Of a DNA stretch of 64,000 nt, positions 35,686 through 44,977 are shown in pieces. Made by a program: the position numbers and the translations under genes. The DNA lies in contig CAZDZV010000001.1 in the NCBI GenBank assembly GCA_964510025.1, positions 165,399-229,398 of the forward strand. The letters are read 5' to 3'. A model generated the notes under the pieces. The model was not told the DNA's origin and did not search any database. It saw only the letters and a program-made list of their open reading frames with translations. This DNA is from an uncultured Methanosarcinales archaeon (GTDB lineage: Archaea; Nanobdellota; Nanobdellia; Woesearchaeales; DATDXC01). Each line of letters begins with the position of its first letter. Positions within the stretch are counted from its first letter, which is position 1.

Positions 35686-36501
35686 CATAGGCGTTATATA
35701 CACCTCAATAACGGCCGCTATAAACAACACGGCTAAAGATATAATGAGGAGGTCTGTTGAATCCAGTAGTATGTGCTCAAATTTTTTTGAGTCAAAATCG
35801 TGCGCAATAACAGCTACAGAGATTATGCCTCCGGCCAGCCCGGCTATAAAATAAGCTGCTATTTCAGGAATACCGTGGATCATATACCTCAGTATACCCA
35901 GCGGCGCCATGTGTAAGTAAGAAATGGCGTTGCTTACGTTACCGCGAATGAAAGTGCCGATGGCCGTTCCAATAACAGAAGCGTTCCAGGTAAGAATGAA
36001 GATTGCCCCTGCTCCGTATAAAAACGAGAACAAGATACAGAATACCATGACCCTAATATTGTTCAAAAATATCTTTATGAAAAGGCTGAAGCTCTGTACA
36101 GCTTGACCGGTTACCTTGTTGTTGATATCCGAGATTGTCTGCATCTGTATCCCAAATAGAGTATTCACTGTTGATTGAGGCACGAAGATATACCAAAGAG
36201 TAAAGGATATTGTAATCCCCAAAAACAAGAATACAAAAAAAGAGAGTGCCCTGCTGTGCTCTTTCAACAAGGCTCTTTCTTCTTCAATCTCGGTATCCTT
36301 CTTCTCCTCCATACGTATGGTATTATAGATAAGAGGTATACATGCCATAACAGTTAGGAATACCATAACAAGGCTGGCGTGCTGCTTAAAAACCCACAGA
36401 CTCAGTATAATGGCGATAGATGCGTAGAACAGACCGACAAAAAACATCTCCCAAGGCTCCTTTTCAGCCTTGAAAGGATTAATCAGAGATTCAAGTACCA
36501 T
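35677..36501 (-). CDS. SpoIIM/DUF95-like integral membrane protein
   Basis: Six predicted TM helices. FLNNIRVMVFCILFSFLYGAGAIFILTWNASVIG and HGIPEIAAYFIAGLAGG are typical of the stage-II-sporulation-M-like family. Confidence 0.65.
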   Translation of the reverse strand: MVLESLINPFKAEKEPWEMFFVGLFYASIAIILSLWVFKQHASLVMVFLTVMACIPLIYNTIRMEEKKDTEIEEERALLKEHSRALSFFVFLFLGITISFTLWYIFVPQSTVNTLFGIQMQTISDINNKVTGQAVQSFSLFIKIFLNNIRVMVFCILFSFLYGAGAIFILTWNASVIGTAIGTFIRGNVSNAISYLHMAPLGILRYMIHGIPEIAAYFIAGLAGGIISVAVIAHDFDSKKFEHILLDSTDLLIISLAVLFIAAVIEVYITPMLF

Positions 36502-36587
36502 AGGCTAAAAATTGAAAATCACATTTATATACTTTTTGTTTATTTTGAACAAAAAGATTTAAATAAGGACTACGATTTGCCTTTAAC

Positions 36588-36998
36588 ATGGATTACAAGG
36601 AAATGCTCAAGAAAGGAAGGGAGGCTCTACCTACATCTGTATTTGAAAAATCCAGATTTGATATACCTAAAGTCAGAGGCCATATCCAGGGCAACAAGAC
36701 AATAATCTCAAATTTCTTACAGATAGCCAGTACGCTAAGAAGGGATCCTAACCACATGCTTAAGTATATCCTAAAGGAGCTTGCTACTCCAGGGGAAATA
36801 AAGAAAAGCGGTTCTGTGATTGTTGGTACCAAAGTTTCTGCTGTCAAAATAAATGAGAAGGTCAGGAAATACGCTGAAGAGTTTGTATTATGCAAAGAAT
36901 GTGGAAAACCGGACACTAAGATTTTAAGAGAAGGCCAGTTCTCTTTTGTTAAATGCATGGCTTGCGGAGCCAAATATTCTATTAAATCAAGAATCTAG
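36588..36998 (+). CDS. eif2b: Translation initiation factor aIF2 beta subunit
   Basis: MDYKEMLKKGREALP...RFDIPKVRGHIQGNKTIISNF...RDPNHMLKYILKELAT plus the C-terminal Zn-ribbon CKECGKPDT...CMACGA. Confidence 0.9.
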   Translation: MDYKEMLKKGREALPTSVFEKSRFDIPKVRGHIQGNKTIISNFLQIASTLRRDPNHMLKYILKELATPGEIKKSGSVIVGTKVSAVKINEKVRKYAEEFVLCKECGKPDTKILREGQFSFVKCMACGAKYSIKSRI

Positions 36999-39900
36999 CC
37001 AAACCACTGGCCTAAGACTACCTGTTTTTCCTTGTCTTTACCAAAAACATCCTCTACTCTGCGTTTCGTAAGCTCTAGCGTCTGCTTTAGATATGAAGGA
37101 AGATGGTATTTCTTTGCCAGACTGATAGACGGTTCCAAATATTTTATTATTGATCCTTCTGATATTGTAAAAATTATCTTACCGCCGCATTTTACACATT
37201 TGCCGATTAAAGGGGGCCTTCGGTACTTCTCATTACAATCAACGCACCTAAACTGCTGCATTGAGAATTTCCTTAAATTTCCCTTGATGTCTGGGAGAAA
37301 ATGTTTTTCGATGACCAGCCTTGCTACATCTACCTCATCAGCTGCCCTAATTTTCTCAGCTAATTTCATCTGGCCCAGCAATTTTTCCTCCATCGAGGGC
37401 ATTGTCTTATAGGCTGAGCACCTAATCCCATCATTAATATCAGACGTGTTGTGGGTAAATCCAAAATCATAATATTGTTTTTCAGATCCGAGCCTGTCGG
37501 ATAGCTGTTCTATCTTTACATCCCACGGAGCCTTGTATTGCTCAGCAGCTTTGTAGAATTCTAAAGGATACTTCCATGCAACATCAAGGTCGAATACCAT
37601 ATCATCCACTTCAGAAGGAATAAGTTTAGATGTCAAAACAAGAGGGGCATCCTGTGTGGATCCTCTGGATTTTGGCAGAAAATATCTAGAAAAGTTCAGT
37701 AGCGCATCCATAAGCATCATAACGCTCGCCTCATCGCCATCACAGTCCCTTCTAGTTGCTGCATGAAGCATAGGGTGTGCAAAAAAACCTTGTGTTTTGG
37801 AAAAACCAATTATCCTAGCGACGATACCAGCTGATGTGTGGGGAGCCAGGACTACAACCAATTGTCCTGGCAGATCCCCCTTAGAAGTTAGATTGTAGTA
37901 TGGCTTAATCCCATACATCCTGCTAAGCAGCTCGTCAACATAAGAACACACGCGGGATAGGACGCTATCAGCACCCTCATCAGGGGATTCCTCGCATGAT
38001 GGCAGTATTACATCCTGGGGCTTTAACTCCAAAATCTGATCTTCATGCAGGAGCTCTTCGCCTTTTATATCCTTTTCATATCCAAGCTGGATAAGCAGGT
38101 CTATCCTCGTGCCTATCTCTTTTGGCTTAAAATGGGTTATAGGGAGCTGGGTCATATCATATCTAACTGTGCCGTCCTTGTTAACATAAATGTCATTCTT
38201 TGCTCTTAGCACGCCTTTCATCAGATTTTCCGGGAGATGATCCCTATTTGAGGTTCCTCTTACGCCCTTGATTAGGTCAGGGTAAGAATGAAGTTTGAGC
38301 TTCTTCAGTGATAGGCTGAAGTAATTATTTATATCTATCTCCCTTTTTACAAAAGTAGATGCTTTGCCATGCTTCGGGCAGCTTTCAGTCTCAATAAGGC
38401 CGCATACATTGCACCAAAACACCTTTTTTGCAGGGTGGCCGCATTTCTCACAGACACTGAAAACTGTCTCATTATTGCATTCCGTGCACTTAAATGCAGA
38501 AAATTCCGATACGATCTTTCCTGCTTCCATAGCACTCTGAAAGCACCGTAATTTTCCGCCTTCTTTTCCAACAGGAAACAGAACATGCGGGGACCCAGTA
38601 AGTTTTCTCATCTTTGCTTTCTCAGGACGGCCCATACGAGAACCGATAAAAATGCCTGACTTGTTCTTTATCTTAATTCCAGAAACCTTATTTATCAGAT
38701 CGAGCCCGTTGTCGCTCTCGGCAGCCTCTATGCTCTTTCTTATGTCTGAAATATTCTTCTGGGGCAGCTGAAAACAGCCATAAAATGCATGGGCATCATT
38801 GGATTTTATCACAACAAATTCCTTATTCACAACATGGTGTGGCAACGCAAGCAGCTCGATAACTCTTTTTGGATTTTCCTCAAACGGAAGTACAATCTTC
38901 TTTATCTTGTTGTTTTCCTCGAATATTTTTGCCTTGCTAAGCCAGCTGATCAAGAGAAGAAACTGCTCTCTGCTAATGGTATCCCAATACAATGTATATC
39001 TCGGATGAAGAGGGATTCCGATATTTTGTGAGAGGGAGAGAGCAACATCGGCACTAATAGAAAGCGGGTCTCTTAGCAGATTTTGCAGCGTTGCTGGCTC
39101 GACAGAAGCTAGATTGCCCAACTTTTCTAAATCAATATTTCCGAAAAGGTTTACGGTTTCTTTTTCAAACTCCTGGACCCAGTATTCCTCACAATAGCCG
39201 GGGGGGGCAAGCAAATGGGCGCGATTATAGAAGTCACCATAGTTGAACAGTATGTCCCCAAGGAAGATTATCTCTTGGATTTCATTCTTTACCTTTTTTG
39301 CTTCGCTTACGGTTTGTAACCTCACTACAGAGCCGTTATTAAGCTTAACTATGGGGCACTCTATTGTATCACAAAATGTTATGGTGGCTGCTTTTCCTGG
39401 CCTTTCAACCTTGATCTGGGTGCCAGTAGCTATATATGAGTCAAGTATTATAGAGGTGGCTGGGTGGATTGCAGCTGCCGAATAACCAGAGGTCCTAGAC
39501 CTGCCATATCTTAACCGAAATCCACCTGATCGAAGAGGGTGCGACAAAACAGGCCTACCTGCCACCAAATCTTTGATATAAGTGTAGTTAGGAGCTACCT
39601 TTTCCTTTTTTGCTGTCTCCTTTATCTTTGATTTGAATGTGCTTTGTATCTGCAAAAATTCCTTCAAAAAGGACCAATGCTCTAAGCCAAAATGCGCTCC
39701 CCATTTTGATATTTGTTTCCATATCTTGGGCGCTTTCTGTGCCAGGCATTCACAGTAAACAAGGCATATGCCATTTCTTACCCTATTGGTTTCAATTCTG
39801 TCCAGGTCCTTATAATTGGAAACCTCCATATCCTCGGATGGGTCTCCGTCTATCTGCAGGGGGGTATTTTTCACCAGATATGCCAGTTCTTCATCACTTG

Positions 39901-40516
39901 GCATGTACTGCAGATTGGTTACTCTCTCATGATAATCGTGCACCTCTGTAATTATCCTCTTAATCTCCTGATCGCTAGCATCATACTCCCCCAACCCTGC
40001 TTTTTTTCTCAAGTGATCGGCAATAAGAACCGAGACTGATGCTCCTGTGCCTCCTGCACTCCTTATTGGCCCCGAATAATACAGAGACAAATATTCTTTA
40101 CCATCCTTCCTTTTCTTAACGGCAAAGCGAACAAACCCCTCTAACGGAGATGCTACAGTACCCATGGTTATGTAGGCAAACCCCACCCGCATACCGACTT
40201 CCATGGCTTCCAGCTTATTGCTGAATTTACAGAATTTCTGTGCTGCGATCTCTTCTGCAATAGTCAAGGCTACACGCCAATCCTGGGCGCCAAATTTTTT
40301 TTCCAACTCTTTTATTCTTTTATCAATCCCCTTGTTCGCAATCCCGGGGGCAACTGCAGAAATCAGGCCAACTGACCTTTCAGCCATGTCTTCAGCTAGA
40401 GGTATGGGTGGCTCTTTTTCCGGATCAAACCCCTGCTTCCTGGCTTTTTTGGAAACATCATAGGCTGATACTACCTTTTTTTCCATCTGAACGAAATAAT
40501 CGTCCATATCACTCAC
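36995..40516 (-). CDS. dp2: DNA polymerase II (PolD) large subunit DP2
   Basis: 1173 aa, with several CxxC Zn modules (CTECNN...CEKCGH, CNVCG, CVDCNEKYRRPPLIGKCVKCGG). Conserved DP2 blocks include GRPEKAKMR and HTSAGIVARIIGF. It overlaps the dp1 stop by 8 nt. The length indicates no intein. Confidence 0.93.
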   Translation of the reverse strand: MSDMDDYFVQMEKKVVSAYDVSKKARKQGFDPEKEPPIPLAEDMAERSVGLISAVAPGIANKGIDKRIKELEKKFGAQDWRVALTIAEEIAAQKFCKFSNKLEAMEVGMRVGFAYITMGTVASPLEGFVRFAVKKRKDGKEYLSLYYSGPIRSAGGTGASVSVLIADHLRKKAGLGEYDASDQEIKRIITEVHDYHERVTNLQYMPSDEELAYLVKNTPLQIDGDPSEDMEVSNYKDLDRIETNRVRNGICLVYCECLAQKAPKIWKQISKWGAHFGLEHWSFLKEFLQIQSTFKSKIKETAKKEKVAPNYTYIKDLVAGRPVLSHPLRSGGFRLRYGRSRTSGYSAAAIHPATSIILDSYIATGTQIKVERPGKAATITFCDTIECPIVKLNNGSVVRLQTVSEAKKVKNEIQEIIFLGDILFNYGDFYNRAHLLAPPGYCEEYWVQEFEKETVNLFGNIDLEKLGNLASVEPATLQNLLRDPLSISADVALSLSQNIGIPLHPRYTLYWDTISREQFLLLISWLSKAKIFEENNKIKKIVLPFEENPKRVIELLALPHHVVNKEFVVIKSNDAHAFYGCFQLPQKNISDIRKSIEAAESDNGLDLINKVSGIKIKNKSGIFIGSRMGRPEKAKMRKLTGSPHVLFPVGKEGGKLRCFQSAMEAGKIVSEFSAFKCTECNNETVFSVCEKCGHPAKKVFWCNVCGLIETESCPKHGKASTFVKREIDINNYFSLSLKKLKLHSYPDLIKGVRGTSNRDHLPENLMKGVLRAKNDIYVNKDGTVRYDMTQLPITHFKPKEIGTRIDLLIQLGYEKDIKGEELLHEDQILELKPQDVILPSCEESPDEGADSVLSRVCSYVDELLSRMYGIKPYYNLTSKGDLPGQLVVVLAPHTSAGIVARIIGFSKTQGFFAHPMLHAATRRDCDGDEASVMMLMDALLNFSRYFLPKSRGSTQDAPLVLTSKLIPSEVDDMVFDLDVAWKYPLEFYKAAEQYKAPWDVKIEQLSDRLGSEKQYYDFGFTHNTSDINDGIRCSAYKTMPSMEEKLLGQMKLAEKIRAADEVDVARLVIEKHFLPDIKGNLRKFSMQQFRCVDCNEKYRRPPLIGKCVKCGGKIIFTISEGSIIKYLEPSISLAKKYHLPSYLKQTLELTKRRVEDVFGKDKEKQVVLGQWFG

Positions 40517-42089
40517 CGAACCTTAGAATCTTTACTTCCCTTGTCTTAAGATTTACTATAGGAACCCTGCTCGGCTGTGGATGGTGTCCTACCTTTTCCT
40601 GAAAGCTTGTCTTGCTTTGCCAGCATGAACCACATATCAACGTGATGTTCCTGTAGTGGGCAGCTATTGACTTATGCACGTGCCCTGTGACAAAGAAATC
40701 AGGTATTTTTCTTATAACGAGCGGATCCTGGTCTGAATCAGGGAGGTATAGAGTTGAAGTGTGTGTGGGCGCCAAGTGCCTTCTTTTAAGCAGAAATTTC
40801 ATTATCATGTCTGCCCGGTCATATCCCCCGCTATTCCTTATTGAAGCAACATTTGCCACAAAATAATCAAAAGAGTAGCCATGATACAGCAAAACATCAA
40901 ATCCGGAAAAATTGCCTGACTGACATACATTCACCACTGCCGGATTGGAAACCAATGTGACATTCGGTAGATCATATAAAGCTCCTGAGAAGTCCTCATA
41001 CAGGGGCGGCTGAGGCTCTGCAATCCGCATGGCATCGTGATTCCCGGGACAGATGATTATCCTTATGTGGCTGGGTATTCTCTTCAATAGCCTGGCGCAT
41101 TCCTCATATTGCTTGTAAATATCCTTAATATTCAGTTCTTCATCCTGGCCAGGATATATACCGCAACCATCGACAAGATCGCCCACGATAAAAAGAAACC
41201 GGACCTTGGATGCTATTTTTTTTTGCTGCTCTGTCCCGATTTCGCATCTTAGCCAAGATAGGAAGCGATTAAAGTCTTCTTCTAAGAAATTCTTGGAGCC
41301 GATATGAAGATCTGACAAAAAAATCGAGTATATCTCCTCCCCGTATTTCTTAAGCTCCTTTGTCATCGGTATATCCGGCCACAGAAGATTATTAGCGAAA
41401 ACAATGTTGTCACCGTTAACACCGACAATACCGATTATTTCATCCAAGACTATATCGTTTGCCTGGTTGAACAGGTCTGGCTTATTCTTGTTGATCAAGA
41501 CATTTATTGCGCCTGTCGGATCCTCGACCTTCAGGATAATATTGCCGTTCTTGGTGGTATGCTTTTCGGAAACTATAGCGATCAGTGATACGTTCTCCTT
41601 TTCTCTCTTGTTCAGTATCCTGACGATTGTATTCAGCCCCTGAAGTTCCTGCCTTTGGCGCAGTATTGCTTCCATGTCATTATAGCGGCTGTTGAAAAAC
41701 TGAACAAAATCCTGGATCTCGCGTTTTTTGGAAGGCAGATCGTAAGAAAAAACTACCTTTACCGGGCTTTGTTCTGGGGTTTCTTGCTTTTTTTGTTCGG
41801 CCGTTAGATAAGCAAGAAACTTATCATAAAGCTTCTCGTCCAGCCCCTTTTCAAGAAGTGCCTTTGATTTTTCCAGATCGAGCCAGCTTATGTCGATCTT
41901 AGGGAGCTTCGATAGAAGTTCATTGATATCTTTGTTAAGTATCAAGAATTCTGTAGTATTTATTTTTTCTGAAATAATCTTATGATGTTGCGAGAGATTT
42001 TCTGGTTTCAGGCCATCCAGTATATCCGGGCTGAGCAAGATTTTTTTGTCCAAAAAAAAATCAACAATTTCCTTTGTCTGTTGTTCCAT
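40509..42089 (-). CDS. dp1: DNA polymerase II (PolD) small subunit DP1
   Basis: An OB domain followed by a calcineurin-like phosphoesterase with FLSDLHIGS, FIVGDLVDG, CPGNHDA and TGHVH. Confidence 0.9.
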   Translation of the reverse strand: MEQQTKEIVDFFLDKKILLSPDILDGLKPENLSQHHKIISEKINTTEFLILNKDINELLSKLPKIDISWLDLEKSKALLEKGLDEKLYDKFLAYLTAEQKKQETPEQSPVKVVFSYDLPSKKREIQDFVQFFNSRYNDMEAILRQRQELQGLNTIVRILNKREKENVSLIAIVSEKHTTKNGNIILKVEDPTGAINVLINKNKPDLFNQANDIVLDEIIGIVGVNGDNIVFANNLLWPDIPMTKELKKYGEEIYSIFLSDLHIGSKNFLEEDFNRFLSWLRCEIGTEQQKKIASKVRFLFIVGDLVDGCGIYPGQDEELNIKDIYKQYEECARLLKRIPSHIRIIICPGNHDAMRIAEPQPPLYEDFSGALYDLPNVTLVSNPAVVNVCQSGNFSGFDVLLYHGYSFDYFVANVASIRNSGGYDRADMIMKFLLKRRHLAPTHTSTLYLPDSDQDPLVIRKIPDFFVTGHVHKSIAAHYRNITLICGSCWQSKTSFQEKVGHHPQPSRVPIVNLKTREVKILRFGE

Positions 42090-42091
42090 TT

Positions 42092-43300
42092 TTATTTCAA
42101 ATCAAGATTTTCCTCTAATAGGGATTTAGCTTTGGTGGCTGTTTGAGCAGGAATAGAAAGCTGTATCTCCCTTGTTCTCCCATATCTGCCTTTGGAGAGG
42201 ACCTTAGCAGTAATAATGCCGACTATGTCAAGTTCTGCAATAATATCAGACACCCTTCGTTGGGTAAGAGCGGATAGGGTGATCTTGTCGCAGATTTTCT
42301 TATATAGAGTATATACCTCTCCGGTAAAAATATTCTTTTCCTTGCTTGAGCATAGGACCGTAATTGAATAAAGAACTGCCTGAAACTGCTTAGGTTGTGT
42401 CCTAATCATCTCGATAATCCAGTCATCCTCTATCTTGGATTGGGCCATATCAATATGGCTAAGGCCGATCTTCTTATCATTCTCTCTTTCGGCCAGCTCT
42501 CCAGCTACGCGCAGCAATTCAAGTGCCCTTCTTGCATCACCATGCTCCCGGGCAGCATAAGCTGAGCATTTCTCTATGACTCCGTCTCCCAGCACATTAT
42601 CTTTGAATGAAAGGGCTGACCTGTATTTCAGTATGTCTCTGAGCTGAACCGCATTATATGGGGGGAAAACAACAGATTCCTCTGAAAGGGAGGATCTTGC
42701 CCTTGGATCAAGATTATCTGTAAAGGAAAGGTCATTAGATATACCAATGATGGTTAATTGAGAATCTACTAGCTGCTCATTGATCCTTGTGAGGTTATAC
42801 AAAATCTCGTCTCCTGTTTTTTTGATTAATTGGTCTATCTCATCGAGTATGATTATGAAAAGCTGCTTCCTCTCCTCAATTGTCTTGTAGAACAGATCAT
42901 ACACTTCTTGGGTAGGCAGGCCTGTACCGGGGATTTCTTTGCCCAGTTCTCTTCCTAACTGAGCGATCAGACGGTATTCTGTATCTGCAATCTTTTTTAG
43001 TTTACAGTTCAGATAAAGAAGATGGATATTTTTGTTATTGGTTTTTGACACTTCCCGCAGTTCACCGGCGATATGTCTGACTGTTAGTGTTTTCCCTGTT
43101 CCTGTCTTGCCATATATGAAAATATTAGAGGGCCTTTCCCCCCTTAAACAAGGTGCCAAGATATTAGCAACCTTCTTAAATTCGTTTTCGCGGTGTATAA
43201 TCTTTTCTGGCATATAGGAGCTTTGTAAGGCCTTTTTATTTTTGAAAAGGGATTCTTTATCAGCAAATTGTTGAAAGAAACTCTTTAAGTCTGTTTCCAT
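42092..43300 (-). CDS. cdc6: Orc1/Cdc6 replication initiator
   Basis: Walker A IFIYGKTGTGKT, Walker B IILDEID, sensor GISND, GDARRALELLR, and a C-terminal winged helix. It lies 2 nt upstream of dp1 and next to ORB-like repeats. Confidence 0.95.
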   Translation of the reverse strand: METDLKSFFQQFADKESLFKNKKALQSSYMPEKIIHRENEFKKVANILAPCLRGERPSNIFIYGKTGTGKTLTVRHIAGELREVSKTNNKNIHLLYLNCKLKKIADTEYRLIAQLGRELGKEIPGTGLPTQEVYDLFYKTIEERKQLFIIILDEIDQLIKKTGDEILYNLTRINEQLVDSQLTIIGISNDLSFTDNLDPRARSSLSEESVVFPPYNAVQLRDILKYRSALSFKDNVLGDGVIEKCSAYAAREHGDARRALELLRVAGELAERENDKKIGLSHIDMAQSKIEDDWIIEMIRTQPKQFQAVLYSITVLCSSKEKNIFTGEVYTLYKKICDKITLSALTQRRVSDIIAELDIVGIITAKVLSKGRYGRTREIQLSIPAQTATKAKSLLEENLDLK

Positions 43301-43306
43301 GGTAGA

Positions 43307-43325
43307 TTTCCATAGGAAATAGGGG
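43307..43325 (+). repeat. ORB-like origin recognition box 1
   Basis: TTTCCATAGGAAATAGGGG: a TTCC-N3-GGAA dyad followed by a G-string, as in archaeal ORB/mini-ORB elements. Confidence 0.65.
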
Positions 43326-43333
43326 TTTATAAG
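43326..43333 (-). promoter_or_regulatory. TATA-like box (CTTATAAA on the minus strand) of the cdc6-dp1-dp2 operon
   Basis: It lies 26 nt upstream of ATG 43300. ORB1 sits between it and the ATG. Confidence 0.4.
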
Positions 43334-43358
43334 TATTGTTGTAATGGAAAAGGTAATA

Positions 43359-43379
43359 CCCCCTTGTTTCCTATGGAGA
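43359..43379 (-). repeat. ORB-like origin recognition box 2 (inverted)
   Basis: The reverse complement reads TCTCCATAGGAAACAAGGGGG, with the same dyad and G-string as ORB1 in opposite orientation. Confidence 0.65.
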
Positions 43380-43479
43380 ACATAAATAAATAAAAATATG
43401 TATATATCATTTAATTTAATTTAATTATTTCAATATTGTAAAATAAAAAAATAAAAATATCTACTGAATAAAATACATA
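43380..43479. other. AT-rich duplex unwinding element candidate of oriC
   Basis: About 100 bp, almost devoid of G/C (cataaataaataaaaatatgtatatatcatttaatttaatttaattatttcaatattgtaaaataaaaaaataaaaatat...), flanked by the inverted ORB2 and ORB3. Confidence 0.6.
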
Positions 43480-43500
43480 TTTCCATACGAAATAAGGGTG
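43480..43500 (+). repeat. ORB-like origin recognition box 3
   Basis: TTTCCATACGAAATAAGGGTG is a degenerate copy of ORB1 (one change in the dyad) on the far side of the AT-rich stretch. Confidence 0.55.
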
Positions 43501-43552
43501 TCATTATCAAAATGAAAACATTTTTAAGGTCAATCACAAATTCATAGTAAAA

Positions 43553-44101
43553 ATGACAAAGAAAACAATAAAAAAGGACATTATTAGACTGTTTTTTGTA
43601 AAGGACAGAGTCCTCACTGAAAATTCTGATAAGGCAAGAGACCTTTATAACCAAAGCAGATACGGCACAATAATGAATGATGGGCGGGTCCAGTTGTCAC
43701 TAATCGAATCATTATATCTACTGGAAAAAAGCAGGGTGGATATTGTCGATGGCAGAAACAAGTCAATTCCGTTTGATAAGCTGCTTAAAAAAGCTAAGAG
43801 AAAGGAACCTAACCTGTGGACCAGATATTGTGTTTTTAAAGATATCAGGGACAGGGGCTACATAATAAAAACAGCACTAAAGTTCGGAGCGGATTTCCGG
43901 GTTTATGATAGGGGGGTCAAGCCCGGAGAAGATCATGCTCGTTGGATTGTATATCCAGTAAAAGAGACGAGCAACCTGACATGGTATGAATTCGTTGCGA
44001 AAAACAGGGTAGCGCACTCAACAAGGAAAAGACTATTAATAGGGATAGTCGATGAAGAGAACTCTGTGACTTATTATGAGCTTAGATGGCTCAGACCTTA
44101 A
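43553..44101 (+). CDS. endA: tRNA-splicing endonuclease
   Basis: LSLIESLYLLEKSRVDI..., YCVFKDIRDRGYIIKTALKFGADFRVY, and HARWIVYPV match the archaeal EndA catalytic domain (Y..lr..G......g.kfG.df..Y, H..y.v). Confidence 0.88.
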   Translation: MTKKTIKKDIIRLFFVKDRVLTENSDKARDLYNQSRYGTIMNDGRVQLSLIESLYLLEKSRVDIVDGRNKSIPFDKLLKKAKRKEPNLWTRYCVFKDIRDRGYIIKTALKFGADFRVYDRGVKPGEDHARWIVYPVKETSNLTWYEFVAKNRVAHSTRKRLLIGIVDEENSVTYYELRWLRP

Positions 44102-44140
44102 ACAAAAAAGTATATAAACAGCATTTTCTTTCTTTTTAAT

Positions 44141-44977
44141 ATGTCTGCGAGCGAAAGAATAAAGGGATATATCGGACAGCACGGCCCGGTTATCCCTGTA
44201 CAAATAGCAAAAGAACTGCAGACAGACATCATAATAGCATCTGCACACCTTTCTGAGCTGGTATCAAACAAGCAGCTTAAAATAAGCTCGATCAAAATTG
44301 GAGGGTCGCCCCTATATTATCTGCCAGGCCAAGAAAAAGATTTGCAAAAATTTTCAGATAGGCTCCACGAAAAAGAGAAAAGAACATACGATCTGCTGCT
44401 AGAGAAAGGGGTTCTTCGGGATAATGAGCTAGATCCGGTTTCTAGAGTGACAATAAAAAACATCAAGGATTTTGCTGTACCTTTGCAGGTTAATCATAGC
44501 AACAGGACAGAAGTCTTCTGGAAATGGTATCTCCTCCCAAAAGAGGATGCTGAGAAGATGATAAGAAAAAAATTAGGTGTCAAGGAAGCATCTGCACCAA
44601 AACAAGAACAAAAAAAATTAGAACAATCAAACATTGGGAAGGAGAAATCCCAAAAAAGCAATGTAGAAAGCGTTTTTTTCAAGCAGATCGAAGATTATTT
44701 TCGCAAAAATAACATTAAAATCAAGCAGCAGAATATAATAAGAAAAGACACAGATTTTGAATTTACAGTTGAACTGCCCAGCTCAGTCGGGGGGCTAGAT
44801 TATTACTGCAAGGCGAAGTCAAAGAAAAAGATAAATGACGGGGACCTGAGTTCTGCTTTCATAAAGGGCCAGTCAAAAAAATTGCCTGTGCTGTTCTTAA
44901 TAAAGGGGGACCTTACCAAAAAGGCCAAGGAAATGCTTGGGACAGAGTTCCAGGGAATGAGGGTAAGGAAGATCTAA
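44141..44977 (+). CDS. Hypothetical winged-helix protein with a possible PD-(D/E)xK-like C-terminal domain
   Basis: An N-terminal wH-like region (VIPVQIAKELQTDIIIASAHLSELVSNKQLKISSIKIGGSPLYYLPG), a Lys-rich linker, and the C-terminal DTDFEFTVEL...YYCKAKSKKK. I recognise no secure family. Confidence 0.35.
   Translation: MSASERIKGYIGQHGPVIPVQIAKELQTDIIIASAHLSELVSNKQLKISSIKIGGSPLYYLPGQEKDLQKFSDRLHEKEKRTYDLLLEKGVLRDNELDPVSRVTIKNIKDFAVPLQVNHSNRTEVFWKWYLLPKEDAEKMIRKKLGVKEASAPKQEQKKLEQSNIGKEKSQKSNVESVFFKQIEDYFRKNNIKIKQQNIIRKDTDFEFTVELPSSVGGLDYYCKAKSKKKINDGDLSSAFIKGQSKKLPVLFLIKGDLTKKAKEMLGTEFQGMRVRKI

Noticed and set aside
36593-36973. 126-aa minus-strand ORF
   Set aside because: It is antisense to aIF2-beta, whose identity is secure.
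32998-40516. Inteins in MCM or PolD DP2
   Set aside because: The lengths (670 and 1173 aa) are those of intein-free proteins, and no intein splicing blocks interrupt the conserved motifs.
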